The notes under the pieces were generated by a model. The model had not been told where the DNA came from. It saw nothing but the letters and a program-made list of their open reading frames with translations, and did no database searches. A DNA stretch of 64,000 bases from Eledone cirrhosa. Its lineage: Eukaryota. The stretch is taken from positions 3,224,001 through 3,288,000 of the forward strand of contig OZ024744.1 of assembly GCA_964016885.1 (NCBI GenBank). Direction: 5' to 3'. Of the stretch, positions 12,601-26,300 are shown one piece after another. A program made the translations under genes and the position numbers. Position 1 is the stretch's first letter, and each line of letters opens with the position of its first letter.

Positions 12601-14200
12601 AAGACAAGGTAGAGAAAGATAGCTTGGTGAATAACAAAGTTTTGGGAGAAGACAAGGTCGAGAAAGATAGCTTGGTGAAGAACGAAGTTTTGAGGGTAGA
12701 CAAGGTAGAGAAAGATAGCTTGGTGAAGAACGACGTTTTGTGGGAAGACAAGGTAGAGAAAGATAGCTTGGTGAAGAACGAAGTTTTGTGGGAAGACAAG
12801 GTAGAGAAAGATAGCTTGTTGAAGAACGAAGTTTTGGGGGAAGACAAGGTAGAGAAAGATAGCTTGGTGAAGAACGAAGTTTTGGGGGAAGACAAGGTAG
12901 AGAAAGATAGCTTGGTGAAGAACGAAGTTTTGGGAGAAATCAAGGTAGAGAATAATAGTTTGGTGAAGAACGAAGATTTGGGGGAAGACAAGGTAGAGAA
13001 AGATAGCTTGGTGAAGAACGACGTTTTGAGGGAAGACAAGGTAGAGAAAGATAGCTTGGTGAAGAACGAAGTTTTGGGGAAGACAATGTAGAGAAAGATA
13101 GCTTGGTGAAGAACGAAATTTTGGGGGAAGACAAGGTAGAGAAAGATAGCTTGGTGAAGAACGAAGTTTTGGGAGAAGACAAGGTAGAGAAAGATAGCTT
13201 GGTGAAGAACGAAGTTTTGAGGGTAGACAAGGTAGAGAAAGATAGCTTGGTGAAGAACGACGTTTTGAGGGAAGACAAGGTAGAGAAAGTTAGCTTGGTG
13301 AAGAACGACGTTTTGTGGGAAGACAAGGTGGAGAAAGATAGCTTGGTGAAGAACGAAGTTTTGGGGGAAGACAAGGTAGAGAAAGATAGCTTGGTGAAGA
13401 CCGAAGTTTTGGGGGAAGACAAGGTAGAGAAAGATAGCTTGGTGAAGAACGAAGTTGTGGGGCAAGACAAGGTAGAGAAAGATAGCTTGGTGAAGAACGA
13501 AGTTTTGGGGGAAGACAAGGTAGAGAAAGATAGCTTGGTGAAGAACGAAGTTTTGAGGGAAGGCAATGTAGAGAAAGATAGCTTGGTGAATAACAAAGTT
13601 TTGGGAGAAGACAAGGTCGAGAAAGATAGCTTGGTGAAGAACGACGTTTTGTGGGAAGACAAGGTAGAGAAAGATAGCTTGGTGAAGAACGAAGTTTTGT
13701 GGGAAGACAAGGTAGAGAAAGATAGCTTGGTGAAGAACGAAGTTTTGGGGGAAGACAAGGTAGAGAAAGATAGCTTGGTGAAGAACGAAGTTTTGGGGGA
13801 AGACAAGGTAGAGAAAGATAGCTTGGTGAAGAACGAAGTTTTGGGGGAAATCAAGGTAGAGAATAATAGTTTGGTGAAGAACGAAGTTTTGGGGGAAGAC
13901 AAGGTAGAGAAAGATAGCTTGGTGAAGAACGACGTTTTGAGGGAAGACAAGGTAGAGAAAGATAGCTTGGTGAAGAACGACGTTTTGTGGGAAGACAAGG
14001 TAGAGAAAGATAGCTTGGTGAAGAACGAAGTTTTGGGGAAAGACAAGGTAGAGAAAGATAGCTTGGTGAAGAACGAAGTTTTGGGGGAAGACAAGGTAGA
14101 GAAAGATAGCTTGGTGAAGAACGAAGTTTTGGGGGAAGACAAGGTAGAGACAGATAGCTTGGTGAAGAACGAAGTTTTGAGGAAGACAATGTAGAGAAAG
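9700..14200. repeat. Imperfect higher-order duplication, offset about 2874 bp (60 monomers) with internal monomer gains
   Basis: ORFs starting at 10229 and 13103 share the same variant order, including the rare AAAGTTAGC (~10413, ~13288), GGGGAAAGAC and GAGACAGAT (~11081, ~14148) monomers. Confidence 0.7.
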
Positions 14201-15919
14201 ATAGCTTGGTGAAGAACGAAGTTTTGGGGGAAGACAAGGTAGAGAAAGATAGCTTGGTGAATAACAAAGTTTTGGGAAAAGACAAGGTCGAGAAAGATAG
14301 CTTGGTGAAGAACGAAATTTTGAGGGAAGACAAGGTAGAGAAAGATAGCTTGGTGAAGAACGACGTTTTGAGGGAAGACAAGATAGAGAAAGATAGCTTG
14401 GTGAAGAACGACGTTTTGTGGGAAGACAAGGTAGAGAAAGATAGCTTGGTGAAGAACGAAGTTTTGGGGGAAGACAAGGTAGAGAAAGATAGCTTGGTGA
14501 AGAACGAAGTTTTGGGGGAAGACAAGGTAGAGAAAGATAGCTTGGTGAAGAACGATGTTTTGGAGAAGACAATGTAGAGAAAGATAGCTTGGTGAAGAAC
14601 GAAGTTTTGGGGGTAGACAAGGTAGAGAAAGATAGCTTGGTGAAGAACGAAGGTTTGAGGGAAGACAAGGTATAGAAAGATAGCTTGGTGAATAACGAAG
14701 TTTTGGGAGAAGACAAGGTCGAGAAAGATAGCTTGGTGAAGAACGAAGTTTTGAGGGAAGACAATGTAGAGAAAGATAGCTTGGTGAAGAACGAAGTTTT
14801 GGGGGAAGACAAGGTAGAGAAAGATAGCTTGGTGAAGAACGAAGTTTTGGGGGAAGACAAGGTAGAGAAAGATAGCTTGGTGAAGAACGAAGTTTTGAGG
14901 GAAGACAAGGTAGAGAAAGATAGCTTGGTGAAGAACGACGTTTTGTGGGAAGACAAGGTAGAGAAAGATAGCTTGGTGAAGAACGAAGTTTTGTGGGAAG
15001 ACAAGGTAGAGAAAGATAGCTTGGTGAAGAACGAAGTTTTGGGGGAAGACAAGGTAGAGAAAGATAGCTTGGTGAAGAACGAAGTTTTGGGGGAAGACAA
15101 GGTAGAGAAAGATAGCTTGGTGAACAACGAAGTTTTGGGGGAAGACAAGGTAGAGAAAGATAGCTTGGTGAAGAACGAAGTTTTGGGGAAGACAATGTAG
15201 AGAAAGATATATTGGTGAAGAACGAAGTTTTGGGGGAAGACAAGGTAGAGAAAGATAGCTTGGTGAAGAACGAAGTTTTGAGGGAAGACAAGGTAGAGAA
15301 AGATAGCTTGGTGAATAACGAAGTTTTGGGAGAAGACAAGGTAGAGAAAGATAGCTTGGTGAAGAACGACGTTTTGAGGGAAGACAAGGTAGAGAAAGAT
15401 AGCTTGGTGAAGAACGAAGTTTTGGGGAAGACAATGTAGAGAAAGATAGCTTGGTGAAGAACGAAGTTTTGGGGGAAGACAAGGTAGAGAAAGATAGCTT
15501 GGTGAAGAACGAAGTTTTGGGGGAAGACAAGGTAGAGAAAGATAGCTTGGTGAAGAACGAAGTTTTGGGGGAAGACAAGGTAGAGAAAGATAGCTTGGTG
15601 AAGAACGAAGTTTTGGGGGAAGACAAGGTAGAGAAAGATAGCTTGGTGAAGAACGAAGTTTTGAGGGAAGGCAAGGTAGAGAAAGATAGCTTGGTGAATA
15701 ACAAAGTTTTGGGAGAAGACAAGGTCGAGAAAGATAGCTTGGTGAAGAACGAAGTTTTGAGGATAGACAAGGTAGAGAAAGATAGCTTGGTGAAGAACGA
15801 CGTTTTGAGGGAAGACAAGATAGAGAAAGATAGCTTGGTGAAGAACGACGTTTTGTGGGAAGACAAGGTAGAGAAAGATAGCTTGGTGAAGAACGAAGTT
15901 TTGTGGGAAGACAAGGTAG

Positions 15920-18900
15920 AGAAAGATAGCTTGGTGAAGAACGAAGTTTTGGGGGAAGACAATGTAGAGAAAGATAGCTTGGTGAAGAACGAAGTTTTGG
16001 GGGAAGACAAGGTAGAGAAAGATAGCTTGGTGAAGAACGAAGTTTTGGGGGAAATCAAGGTAGAGAATAATAGTTTGGTGAAGAACGAAGTTTTGGGGGA
16101 AGACAAGGTAGAGAAAGATAGCTTGGTAAAGAACGACGTTTTGAGGGAAGACAAGGTAGAGAAAGATAGCTTGGTGAAGAACGAAGTTTTGGGGAAGACA
16201 ATGTAGAGAAAGATAGCTTGGTGAAGAACGAAGTTTTGGGGGAAGACAGGGTAGAGAAAGATAGCTTGGTGAAGAACGAAGTTTTGGGAGAAGACAAGGT
16301 AGAGAAAGATAGCTTGGTGAAGAACGAAGTTTTGAGGGAAGACAAGGTAGAGAAAGATAGCTTGGTGAAGAACGAAGTTGTGGGGGAAGACAAGGTAGAG
16401 AAAGATAGCTTGGTGAAGAACGAAGTTTTGGGGGAAGACAAGGTAGAGAAAGATAGCTTGGTGAAGAACGAAGTTTTGAGGGAAGGCAAGGTAGAGAAAG
16501 ATAGCTTGGTGAATAACAAAGTTTTGAGGGTAGACAAGTTAGAGAAAGATAGCTTGGTGAAGAACGACGTTTTGAGGGAAGACAAGATAGAGAAAGATAG
16601 CTTGGTGAAGAACGAAGTTTTGAGGGAAGACAAGGTATAGAAAGATAGCTTGGTGAATAACGAAGTTTTGGGAGAAGACAAGGTCGAGAAAGATAGCTTG
16701 GTGAAGAACGAAGTTTTGAGGGAAGACAATGTAGAGAAAGATAGCTTGGTGAAGAACGAAGTTTTGGGGGAAGACAAGGTAGAGAAAGATAGCTTGGTGA
16801 AGAACGAAGTTTTGGGGGAAGACAAGGTAGAGAAAGATAGCTTGGTGAAGAACGAAGTTTTGGGGGAAGACAAGGTAGAGAAAGATAGCTTGGTGAAGAA
16901 CGAAGTTTTGGGGGAAGACAAGGTAGAGAAAGATAGCTTGGTGAAGAACGAAGTTTTGGGGGAAATCAAGGTAGAGAATAATAGTTTGGTGAAGAACGAA
17001 GTTTTGGGGGAAGACAAGGTAGAGAAAGATAGCTTGGTGAAGAACGACGTTTTGAGGGAAGACAAGGTAGAGAAAGATAGCTTGGTGAATAACAAAGTTT
17101 TGGGAGAAGACAAGGTCGAGAAAGATAGCTTGGTGAAGAACGAAATTTTGAGGGAAGACAAGGTAGAGAAAGATAGCTTGGTGAAGAACGACGTTTTGAG
17201 GGAAGACAAGATAGAGAAAGATAGCTTGGTGAAGAACGACGTTTTGTGGGAAGACAAGGTAGAGAAAGATAGCTTGGTGAAGAACGAAGTTTTGGGGGAA
17301 GACAAGGTAGAGAAAGATAGCTTGGTGAAGAACGATGTTTTGGGGAAGACAATGTAGAGAAAGATAGCTTGGTGAAGAACGAAGTTTTGGGGGAAGACAA
17401 GGTAGAGAAAGATAGCTTGGTGAAGAACGAAGTTTTGAGGGAAGACAAGGTATAGAAAGATAGCTTGGTGAATAACGAAGTTTTGGGAGAAGACAAGGTC
17501 GAGAAAGATAGCTTGGTGAAGAACGAAGTTTTGAGGGAAGACAATGTAGAGAAAGATAGCTTGGTGAAGAACGAAGTTTTGGGGGAAGACAAGGTAGAGA
17601 AAGATAGCTTGGTGAAGAACGAAGTTTTGGGGGAAGACAAGGTAGAGAAAGATAGCTTGGTGAAGAACGAAGTTTTGGGGGAAGACAAGGTAGAGAAAGA
17701 TAGCTTGGTGAAGAACGAAGTTTTGGGGGAAATCAAGGTAGAGAATAATAGTTTGGTGAAGAACGAAGTTTTGGGGGAAGACAAGGTAGAGAAAGATAGC
17801 TTGGTGAAGAACGACGTTTTGAGGGAAGACAAGGTAGAGAAAGATAGCTTGGTGAAGAACGATGTTTTGGGGAAGACAATGTAGAGAAAGATAGCTTGGT
17901 GAAGAACGAAGTTTTGGGGGAAGACAAGGTAGAGAAAGATAGCTTGGTGAAGAACGAAGTTTTGGGGGAAGACAATGTAGAGAAAGATAGCTTGGTGAAG
18001 AACGAAGTTTTGGGGGAAGACAAGGTAGAGAAAGATAGCTTGGTGAAGAACGAAGTTTTGGGGGAAATCAAGGTAGAGAATAATAGTTTGGTGAAGAACG
18101 AAGTTTTGGGGGAAGACAAGGTAGAGAAAGATAGCTTGGTAAAGAACGACGTTTTGAGGGAAGACAAGGTAGAGAAAGATAGCTTGGTGAAGAACGAAGT
18201 TTTGGGGAAGACAATGTAGAGAAAGATAGCTTGGTGAAGAACGAAGTTTTGGGGGAAGACAGGGTAGAGAAAGATAGCTTGGTGAAGAACGAAGTTTTGG
18301 GAGAAGACAAGGTAGAGAAAGATAGCTTGGTGAAGAACGAAGTTTTGAGGGAAGACAAGGTAGAGAAAGATAGCTTGGTGAAGAACGAAGTTGTGGGGGA
18401 AGACAAGGTAGAGAAAGATAGCTTGGTGAAGAACGAAGTTTTGGGGGAAGACAAGGTAGAGAAAGATAGCTTGGTGAAGAACGAAGTTTTGAGGGAAGGC
18501 AAGGTAGAGAAAGATAGCTTGGTGAATAACAAAGTTTTGAGGGTAGACAAGTTAGAGAAAGATAGCTTGGTGAAGAACGACGTTTTGAGGGAAGACAAGA
18601 TAGAGAAAGATAGCTTGGTGAAGAACGAAGTTTTGAGGGAAGACAAGGTATAGAAAGATAGCTTGGTGAATAACGAAGTTTTGGGAGAAGACAAGGTCGA
18701 GAAAGATAGCTTGGTGAAGAACGAAGTTTTGAGGGAAGACAATGTAGAGAAAGATAGCTTGGTGAAGAACGAAGTTTTGGGGGAAGACAAGGTAGAGAAA
18801 GATAGCTTGGTGAAGAACGAAGTTTTGGGGGAAGACAAGGTAGAGAAAGATAGCTTGGTGAAGAACGAAGTTTTGGGGGAAGACAAGGTAGAGAAAGATA

Positions 18901-19960
18901 GCTTGGTGAAGAACGAAGTTTTGGGGGAAGACAAGGTAGAGAAAGATAGCTTGGTGAAGAACGAAGTTTTGGGGGAAATCAAGGTAGAGAATAATAGTTT
19001 GGTGAAGAACGAAGTTTTGGGGGAAGACAAGGTAGAGAAAGATAGCTTGGTGAAGAACGACGTTTTGAGGGAAGACAAGGTAGAGAAAGATAGCTTGGTG
19101 AATAACAAAGTTTTGGGAGAAGACAAGGTCGAGAAAGATAGCTTGGTGAAGAACGAAATTTTGAGGGAAGACAAGGTAGAGAAAGATAGCTTGGTGAAGA
19201 ACGACGTTTTGAGGGAAGACAAGATAGAGAAAGATAGCTTGGTGAAGAACGACGTTTTGTGGGAAGACAAGGTAGAGAAAGATAGCTTGGTGAAGAACGA
19301 AGTTTTGGGGGAAGACAAGGTAGAGAAAGATAGCTTGGTGAAGAACGATGTTTTGGGGAAGACAATGTAGAGAAAGATAGCTTGGTGAAGAACGAAGTTT
19401 TGGGGGAAGACAAGGTAGAGAAAGATAGCTTGGTGAAGAACGAAGTTTTGAGGGAAGACAAGGTATAGAAAGATAGCTTGGTGAATAACGAAGTTTTGGG
19501 AGAAGACAAGGTCGAGAAAGATAGCTTGGTGAAGAACGAAGTTTTGAGGGAAGACAATGTAGAGAAAGATAGCTTGGTGAAGAACGAAGTTTTGGGGGAA
19601 GACAAGGTAGAGAAAGATAGCTTGGTGAAGAACGAAGTTTTGGGGGAAGACAAGGTAGAGAAAGATAGCTTGGTGAAGAACGAAGTTTTGGGGGAAGACA
19701 AGGTAGAGAAAGATAGCTTGGTGAAGAACGAAGTTTTGGGGGAAATCAAGGTAGAGAATAATAGTTTGGTGAAGAACGAAGTTTTGGGGGAAGACAAGGT
19801 AGAGAAAGATAGCTTGGTGAAGAACGACGTTTTGAGGGAAGACAAGGTAGAGAAAGATAGCTTGGTGAAGAACGATGTTTTGGGGAAGACAATGTAGAGA
19901 AAGATAGCTTGGTGAAGAACGAAGTTTTGGGGGAAGACAAGGTAGAGAAAGATAGCTTGG
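15920..19960. repeat. Higher-order tandem duplication, period 2013 bp (42 monomers), two near-identical copies
   Basis: ORFs 16218/18231, 16650/18663 and 17465/19478 are identical and offset by 2013. Rare markers GACAGGGTAG (~16246/~18259) and GTTGTGGGG (~16377/~18390) are shared. Confidence 0.92.
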
Positions 19961-20369
19961 TGAAGAACGAAGTTTTGGGAGAAGACAAGGTAGAGAAAGA
20001 TAGCTTGGTGAAGAACGAAGTTTTGGGGGAAGACAAGGTAGAGAAAGATAGCTTGGTGAATAACAAAGTTTTGGGAGAAGACAAGGTCGAGAAAGATAGC
20101 TTGGTGAAGAACGAAATTTTGAGGGAAGACAAGGTAGAGAAAGATAGCTTGGTGAAGAACGACGTTTTGAGGGAAGACAAGATAGAGAAAGATAGCTTGG
20201 TGAAGAACGACGTTTTGTGGGAAGACAAGGTAGAGAAAGATAGCTTGGTGAAGAACGAAGTTTTGGGGGAAGACAAGGTAGAGAAAGATAGCTTGGTGAA
20301 GAACGAAGTTTTGGGGGAAGACAAGGTAGAGAAAGATAGCTTGGTGAAGAACGATGTTTTGGGGAAGAC

Positions 20370-23300
20370 AATGTAGAGAAAGATAGCTTGGTAAAGAACG
20401 AAGTTTTGGGGGAAGACAAGGTAGAGAAAGATAGCTTGGTGAAGAAAGAAGTTTTGAGGGAAGACAAGGTATAGAAAGATAGCTTGGTGAATAACGAAGT
20501 TTTGGGAGAAGACAAGGTCGAGAAAGATAGCTTGGTGAAGAACGAAGTTTTGAGGGAAGACAATGTAGAGAAAGATAGCTTGGTGAAGAACGAAGTTTTG
20601 GGGGAAGACAAGGTAGAGAAAGATAGCTTGGTGAAGAACGAAGTTTTGGGGGAAGACAAGGTAGAGAAAGATAGCTTGGTGAAGAACGAAGTTTTGAGGG
20701 AAGACAAGGTAGAGAAAGATATATTGGTGAAGAACGAAGTTTTGGGGGAAGACAAGGTAGAGAAAGATAGCTTGGTGAAGAACGAAGTTTTGAGGGAAGA
20801 CAAGGTAGAGAAAGATAGCTTGGTGAATAACGAAGTTTTGGGAGAAGACAAGGTAGAGAAAGATAGCTTGGTGAAGAACGACGTTTTGAGGGAAGACAAG
20901 GTAGAGAAAGATAGCTTGGTGAAGAACGAAGTTTTGGGAAAGACAATGTAGAGAAAGATAGCTTGGTGAAGAACGAAGTTTTGGGGGAAGACAAGGTAGA
21001 GAAAGATAGCTTGGTGAAGAACGAAGTTTTGGGGGAAGACAAGGTAGAGAAAGATAGCTTGGTGAAGAACGAAGTTTTGGGGGAAGACAAGGTAGAGAAA
21101 GATAGCTTGGTGAAGAACGAGGTTTTGAGGGAAGGCAAGGGAGAGAAAGATAGCTTGGTGAATAACAAAGTTTTGGGAGAAGACAAGGTCGAGAAAGATA
21201 GCTTGGTGAAGAACGAAGTTTTGAGGGTAGACAAGGTAGAGAAAGATAGCTTGGTGAAGAACGACGTTTTGAGGGAAGACAAGATAGAGAAAGATAGCTT
21301 GGTGAAGAACGACGTTTTGTGGGAAGACAAGGTAGAGAAAGATAGCTTGGTGAAGAACGAAGTTTTGTGGGAAGACAAGGTAGAGAAAGATAGCTTGGTG
21401 AAGAACGAAGTTTTGGGGGAAGACAAGGTAGAGAAAGATAGCTTGGTGAAGAACGAAGTTTTGGGGGAAGACAAGGTAGAGAAAGATAGCTTGGTGAAGA
21501 ACGAAGTTTTGGGGGAAATCAAGGTAGAGAATAATAGTTTGGTGAAGAACGAAGTTTTGGGGGAAGACAAGGTAGAGAAAGATAGCTTGGTAAAGAACGA
21601 CGTTTTGAGGGAAGACAAGGTAGAGAAAGATAGCTTGGTGAAGAACGAAGTTTTGGGGAAGACAATGTAGAGAAAGATAGCTTGGTGAAGAACGAAGTTT
21701 TGGGGGAAGACAAGGTAGAGAAAGATAGCTTGGTGAAGAACGAAGTTTTGGGAGAAGACAAGGTAGAGAAAGATAGCTTGGTGAAGAACGAAGTTTTGAG
21801 GGAAGACAAGGTAGAGAAAGATAGCTTGGTGAAGAACGAAGTTTTGGGGGAAGACAAGGTAGAGAAAGATAGCTTGGTGAAGAACGAAGTTTTGGGGGAA
21901 GACAAGGTAGAGAAAGATAGCTTGGTGAAGAACGAAGTTTTGGGGGAAGACAAGGTAGAGAAAGATAGCTTGGTGAAGAACGAAGTTTTGGGAGAAGACA
22001 AGGTAGAGAAAGATAGCTTGGTGAAGAACGAAGTTTTGAGGGAAGACAAGGTAGAGAAAGATAGCTTGGTGAAGAACGACGTTTTGAGGGAAGACAAGGT
22101 AGAGAAAGATAGCTTGGTGAAGAACGACGTTTTGTGGGAAGACAAGGTAGAGAAAGATAGCTTGGTGAAGAACGAAGTTTTGGGGAAAGACAAGGTAGAG
22201 AAAGATAGCTTGGTGAAGAACGAAGTTTTGGGGGAAGACAAGGTAGAGAAAGATAGCTTGGTGAAGAACGAATTTTGGGGGAAGACAAGGTAGAGACAGA
22301 TAGCTTGGTGAAGAACGAAGTTTTGGGGAAGACAATGTAGAGAAAGATAGCTTGGTGAAGAACGAAGTTTTGGGGGAAGACAAGGTAGAGAAAGATAGCT
22401 TGGTGAATAACAAAGTTTTGGGAGAAGACAAGGTCGAGAAAGATAGCTTGGTGAAGAACGAAGTTTTGAGGGAAGACAATGTAGAGAAAGATAGCTTGGT
22501 GAAGAACGAAGTTTTGGGAGAAGACAAGGTAGAGAAAGATAGCTTGGTGAAGAAAGACGTTTTGAGGGAAGACAAGGTAGATAAAGATAGCTTGGTGAAG
22601 AACGAAGTTTTGGGGAAGACAATGTAGAGAAAGATAGCTTGGTGAAGAACGAAGTTTTGGGGGAAGACAAGGTAGAGAAAGATAGCTTGGTGAAGAACGA
22701 AGTTTTGGGGGAAGACAAGGTAGAGAAAGATAGCTTGGTGAAGAACGAAGTTTTGGGGGAAGACAAGGTAGAGAAAGATAGCTTGGTGAAGAACGAAGTT
22801 TTGGGGGAAGACAAGGTAGAGAAAGATAGCTTGGTGAAGAACGAAGTTTTGAGGGAAGGCAAGGGAGAGAAAGATAGCTTGGTGAATAACAAAGTTTTGG
22901 GAGAAGACAAGGTCGAGAAAGATAGCTTGGTGAAGAACGACGTTTTGAGGGAAGACAAGGTAGAGAAAGATAGCTTGGTGAATAACAAAGTTTTGGGAGA
23001 AGACAAGGTCGAGAAAGATAGCTTGGTGAAGAACGAAATTTTGAGGGAAGACAATGTAGAGAAAGATAGCTTGGTGAAGAACGACGTTTTGAGGGAAGAC
23101 AAGATAGAGAAAGATAGCTTGGTGAAGAACGACGTTTTGTGGGAAGACAAGGTAGAGAAAGATAGCTTGGTGAAGAACGAAGTTTTGGGGGAAGACAAGG
23201 TAGAGAAAGATAGCTTGGTGAAGAACGATGTTTTGGGGAAGACAATGTAGAGAAAGATAGCTTGGTGAAGAACGAAGTTTTGGGGGAAGACAAGGTAGAG

Positions 23301-26300
23301 AAAGATAGCTTGGTGAAGAACGAAGTTTTGAGGGAAGACAAGGTATAGAAAGATAGCTTGGTGAATAACGAAGTTTTGGGAGAAGACAAGGTCGAGAAAG
23401 ATAGCTTGGTGAAGAACGAAGTTTTGAGGGAAGACAATGTAGAGAAAGATAGCTTGGTGAAGAACGAAGTTTTGGGGGAAGACAAGGTAGAGAAAGATAG
23501 CTTGGTGAAGAACGAAGTTTTGGGGGAAGACAAGGTAGAGAAAGATAGCTTGGTGAAGAACGAAGTTTTGGGGGAAGACAAGGTAGAGAAAGATAGCTTG
23601 GTGAAGAACGAAGTTTTGGGGGAAATCAAGGTAGAGAATAATAGTTTGGTGAAGAACGAAGTTTTGGGGGAAGACAAGGTAGAGAAAGATAGCTTGGTGA
23701 AGAACGACGTTTTGAGGGAAGACAAGGTAGAGAAAGATAGCTTGGTGAATAACAAAGTTTTGGGAGAAGACAAGGTCGAGAAAGATAGCTTGGTGAAGAA
23801 CGAAATTTTGAGGGAAGACAAGGTAGAGAAAGATAGCTTGGTGAAGAACGACGTTTTGAGGGAAGACAAGATAGAGAAAGATAGCTTGGTGAAGAACGAC
23901 GTTTTGTGGGAAGACAAGGTAGAGAAAGATAGCTTGGTGAAGAACGAAGTTTTGGGGGAAGACAAGGTAGAGAAAGATAGCTTGGTGAAGAACGATGTTT
24001 TGGGGAAGACAATGTAGAGAAAGATAGCTTGGTGAAGAACGAAGTTTTGGGGGAAGACAAGGTAGAGAAAGATAGCTTGGTGAAGAACGAAGTTTTGAGG
24101 GAAGACAAGGTATAGAAAGATAGCTTGGTGAATAACGAAGTTTTGGGAGAAGACAAGGTCGAGAAAGATAGCTTGGTGAAGAACGAAGTTTTGCGGGAAG
24201 ACAATGTAGAGAAAGATAGCTTGGTGAAGAACGAAGTTTTGGGGGAAGACAAGGTAGAGAAAGATAGCTTGGTGAAGAACGAAGTTTTGGGGGAAGACAA
24301 GGTAGAGAAAGATAGCTTGGTGAAGAACGAAGTTTTGGGGGAAGACAAGGTAGAGAAAGATAGCTTGGTGAAGAACGAAGTTTTGGGGGAAATCAAGGTA
24401 GAGAATAATAGTTTGGTGAAGAACGAAGTTTTGGGGGAAGACAAGGTAGAGAAAGATAGCTTGGTGAAGAACGACATTTTGATGGAAGACAAGGTAGAGA
24501 AAGATAGCTTGGTGAAGAACGAAGTTTTGGGGAAGACAATGTAGAGAAAGATAGCTTGGTGAAGAACGAAGTTTTGGGGGAAGACAAGGTAGAGAAAGAT
24601 AGCTTGGTGAAGAACGAAGTTTTGGGAGAAGACAAGGTAGAGAAAGATAGCTTGGTGAAGAACGAAGTTTTGAGGGAAGACAAGGTAGAGAAAGATAGCT
24701 TGGTGAAAAACGACGTTTTGAGGGAAGACAAGGTAGAGAAAGATAGCTTGGTGAAGAACGACGTTTTGTGGGAAGACAAGGTAGAGAAAGATAGCTTGGT
24801 GAAGAACGAAGTTTTGGGGAAAGACAAGGTAGAGAAAGATAGCTTGGTGAAGAACGAAGTTTTGGGGGAAGACAAGGTAGAGAAAGATAGCTTGGTGAAG
24901 AACGAAGTTTTGGGGGAAGACAAGGTAGAGAAAGATAGCTTGGTGAAGAACGAAGTTTTGGGGAAGACAATGTAGAGAAAGATAGCTTGGTGAAGAACGA
25001 AGTTTTGGGGGAAGACAAGGTAGAGAAAGATAGCTTGGTGAATAACAAAGTTTTGGGAGAAGACAAGGTCGAGAAAGATAGCTTGGTGAAGAACGAAATT
25101 TTGAGGGAAGACAAGGTAGAGAAAGATAGCTTGGTGAAGAACGACGTTTTGAGGGAAGACAAGATAGAGAAAGATAGCTTGGTGAAGAACGACGTTTTGT
25201 GGGAAGACAATGTAGAGAAAGATAGCTTGGTAAAGAACGAAGTTTTGGGGGAAGACAAGGTAGAGAAAGATAGCTTGGTGAAGAAAGAAGTTTTGAGGGA
25301 AGACAAGGTATAGAAAGATAGCTTGGTGAATAACGAAGTTTTGGGAGAAGACAAGGTCGAGAAAGATAGCTTGGTGAAGAACGAAGTTTTGAGGGAAGAC
25401 AATGTAGAGAAAGATAGCTTGGTGAAGAACGAAGTTTTGGGGGAAGACAAGGTAGAGAAAGATAGCTTGGTGAAGAACGAAGTTTTGGGGGAAGACAAGG
25501 TAGAGAAAGATAGCTTGGTGAAGAACGAAGTTTTGAGGGAAGACAAGGTAGAGAAAGATATATTGGTGAAGAACGAAGTTTTGGGGGAAGACAAGGTAGA
25601 GAAAGATAGCTTGGTGAAGAACGAAGTTTTGAGGGAAGACAAGGTAGAGAAAGATAGCTTGGTGAATAACGAAGTTTTGGGAGAAGACACGGTAGAGAAA
25701 GATAGCTTGGTGAAGAACGACGTTTTGAGGGAAGACAAGGTAGAGAAAGATAGCTTGGTGAAGAACGAAGTTTTGGGAAAGACAATGTAGAGAAAGATAG
25801 CTTGGTGAAGAACGAAGTTTTGGGGGAAGACAAGGTAGAGAAAGATAGCTTGGTGAAGAACGAAGTTTTGGGGGAAGACAAGGTAGAGAAAGATAGCTTG
25901 GTGAAGAACGAAGTTTTGGGGGAAGACAAGGTAGAGAAAGATAGCTTGGTGAAGAACGAAGTTTTGAGGGAAGGCAAGGGAGAGAAAGATAGCTTGGCGA
26001 ATAACAAAGTTTTGGGAGAAGACAAGGTCGAGAAAGATAGCTTTGTGAAGAACGAAGTTTTGAGGGTAGACAAGGTAGAGAAAGATAGCTTGGTGAAGAA
26101 CGACGTTTTGAGGGAAGACAAGATAGAGAAAGATAGCTTGGTGAAGAACGACGTTTTGTGGGAAGACAAGGTAGAGAAAGATAGCTTGGTGAAGAACGAA
26201 GTTTTGTGGGAAGACAAGGTAGAGAAAGATAGCTTGGTGAAGAACGAAGTTTTGGGGGAAGACAAGGTAGAGAAAGATAGCTTGGTGAAGAACGAAGTTT

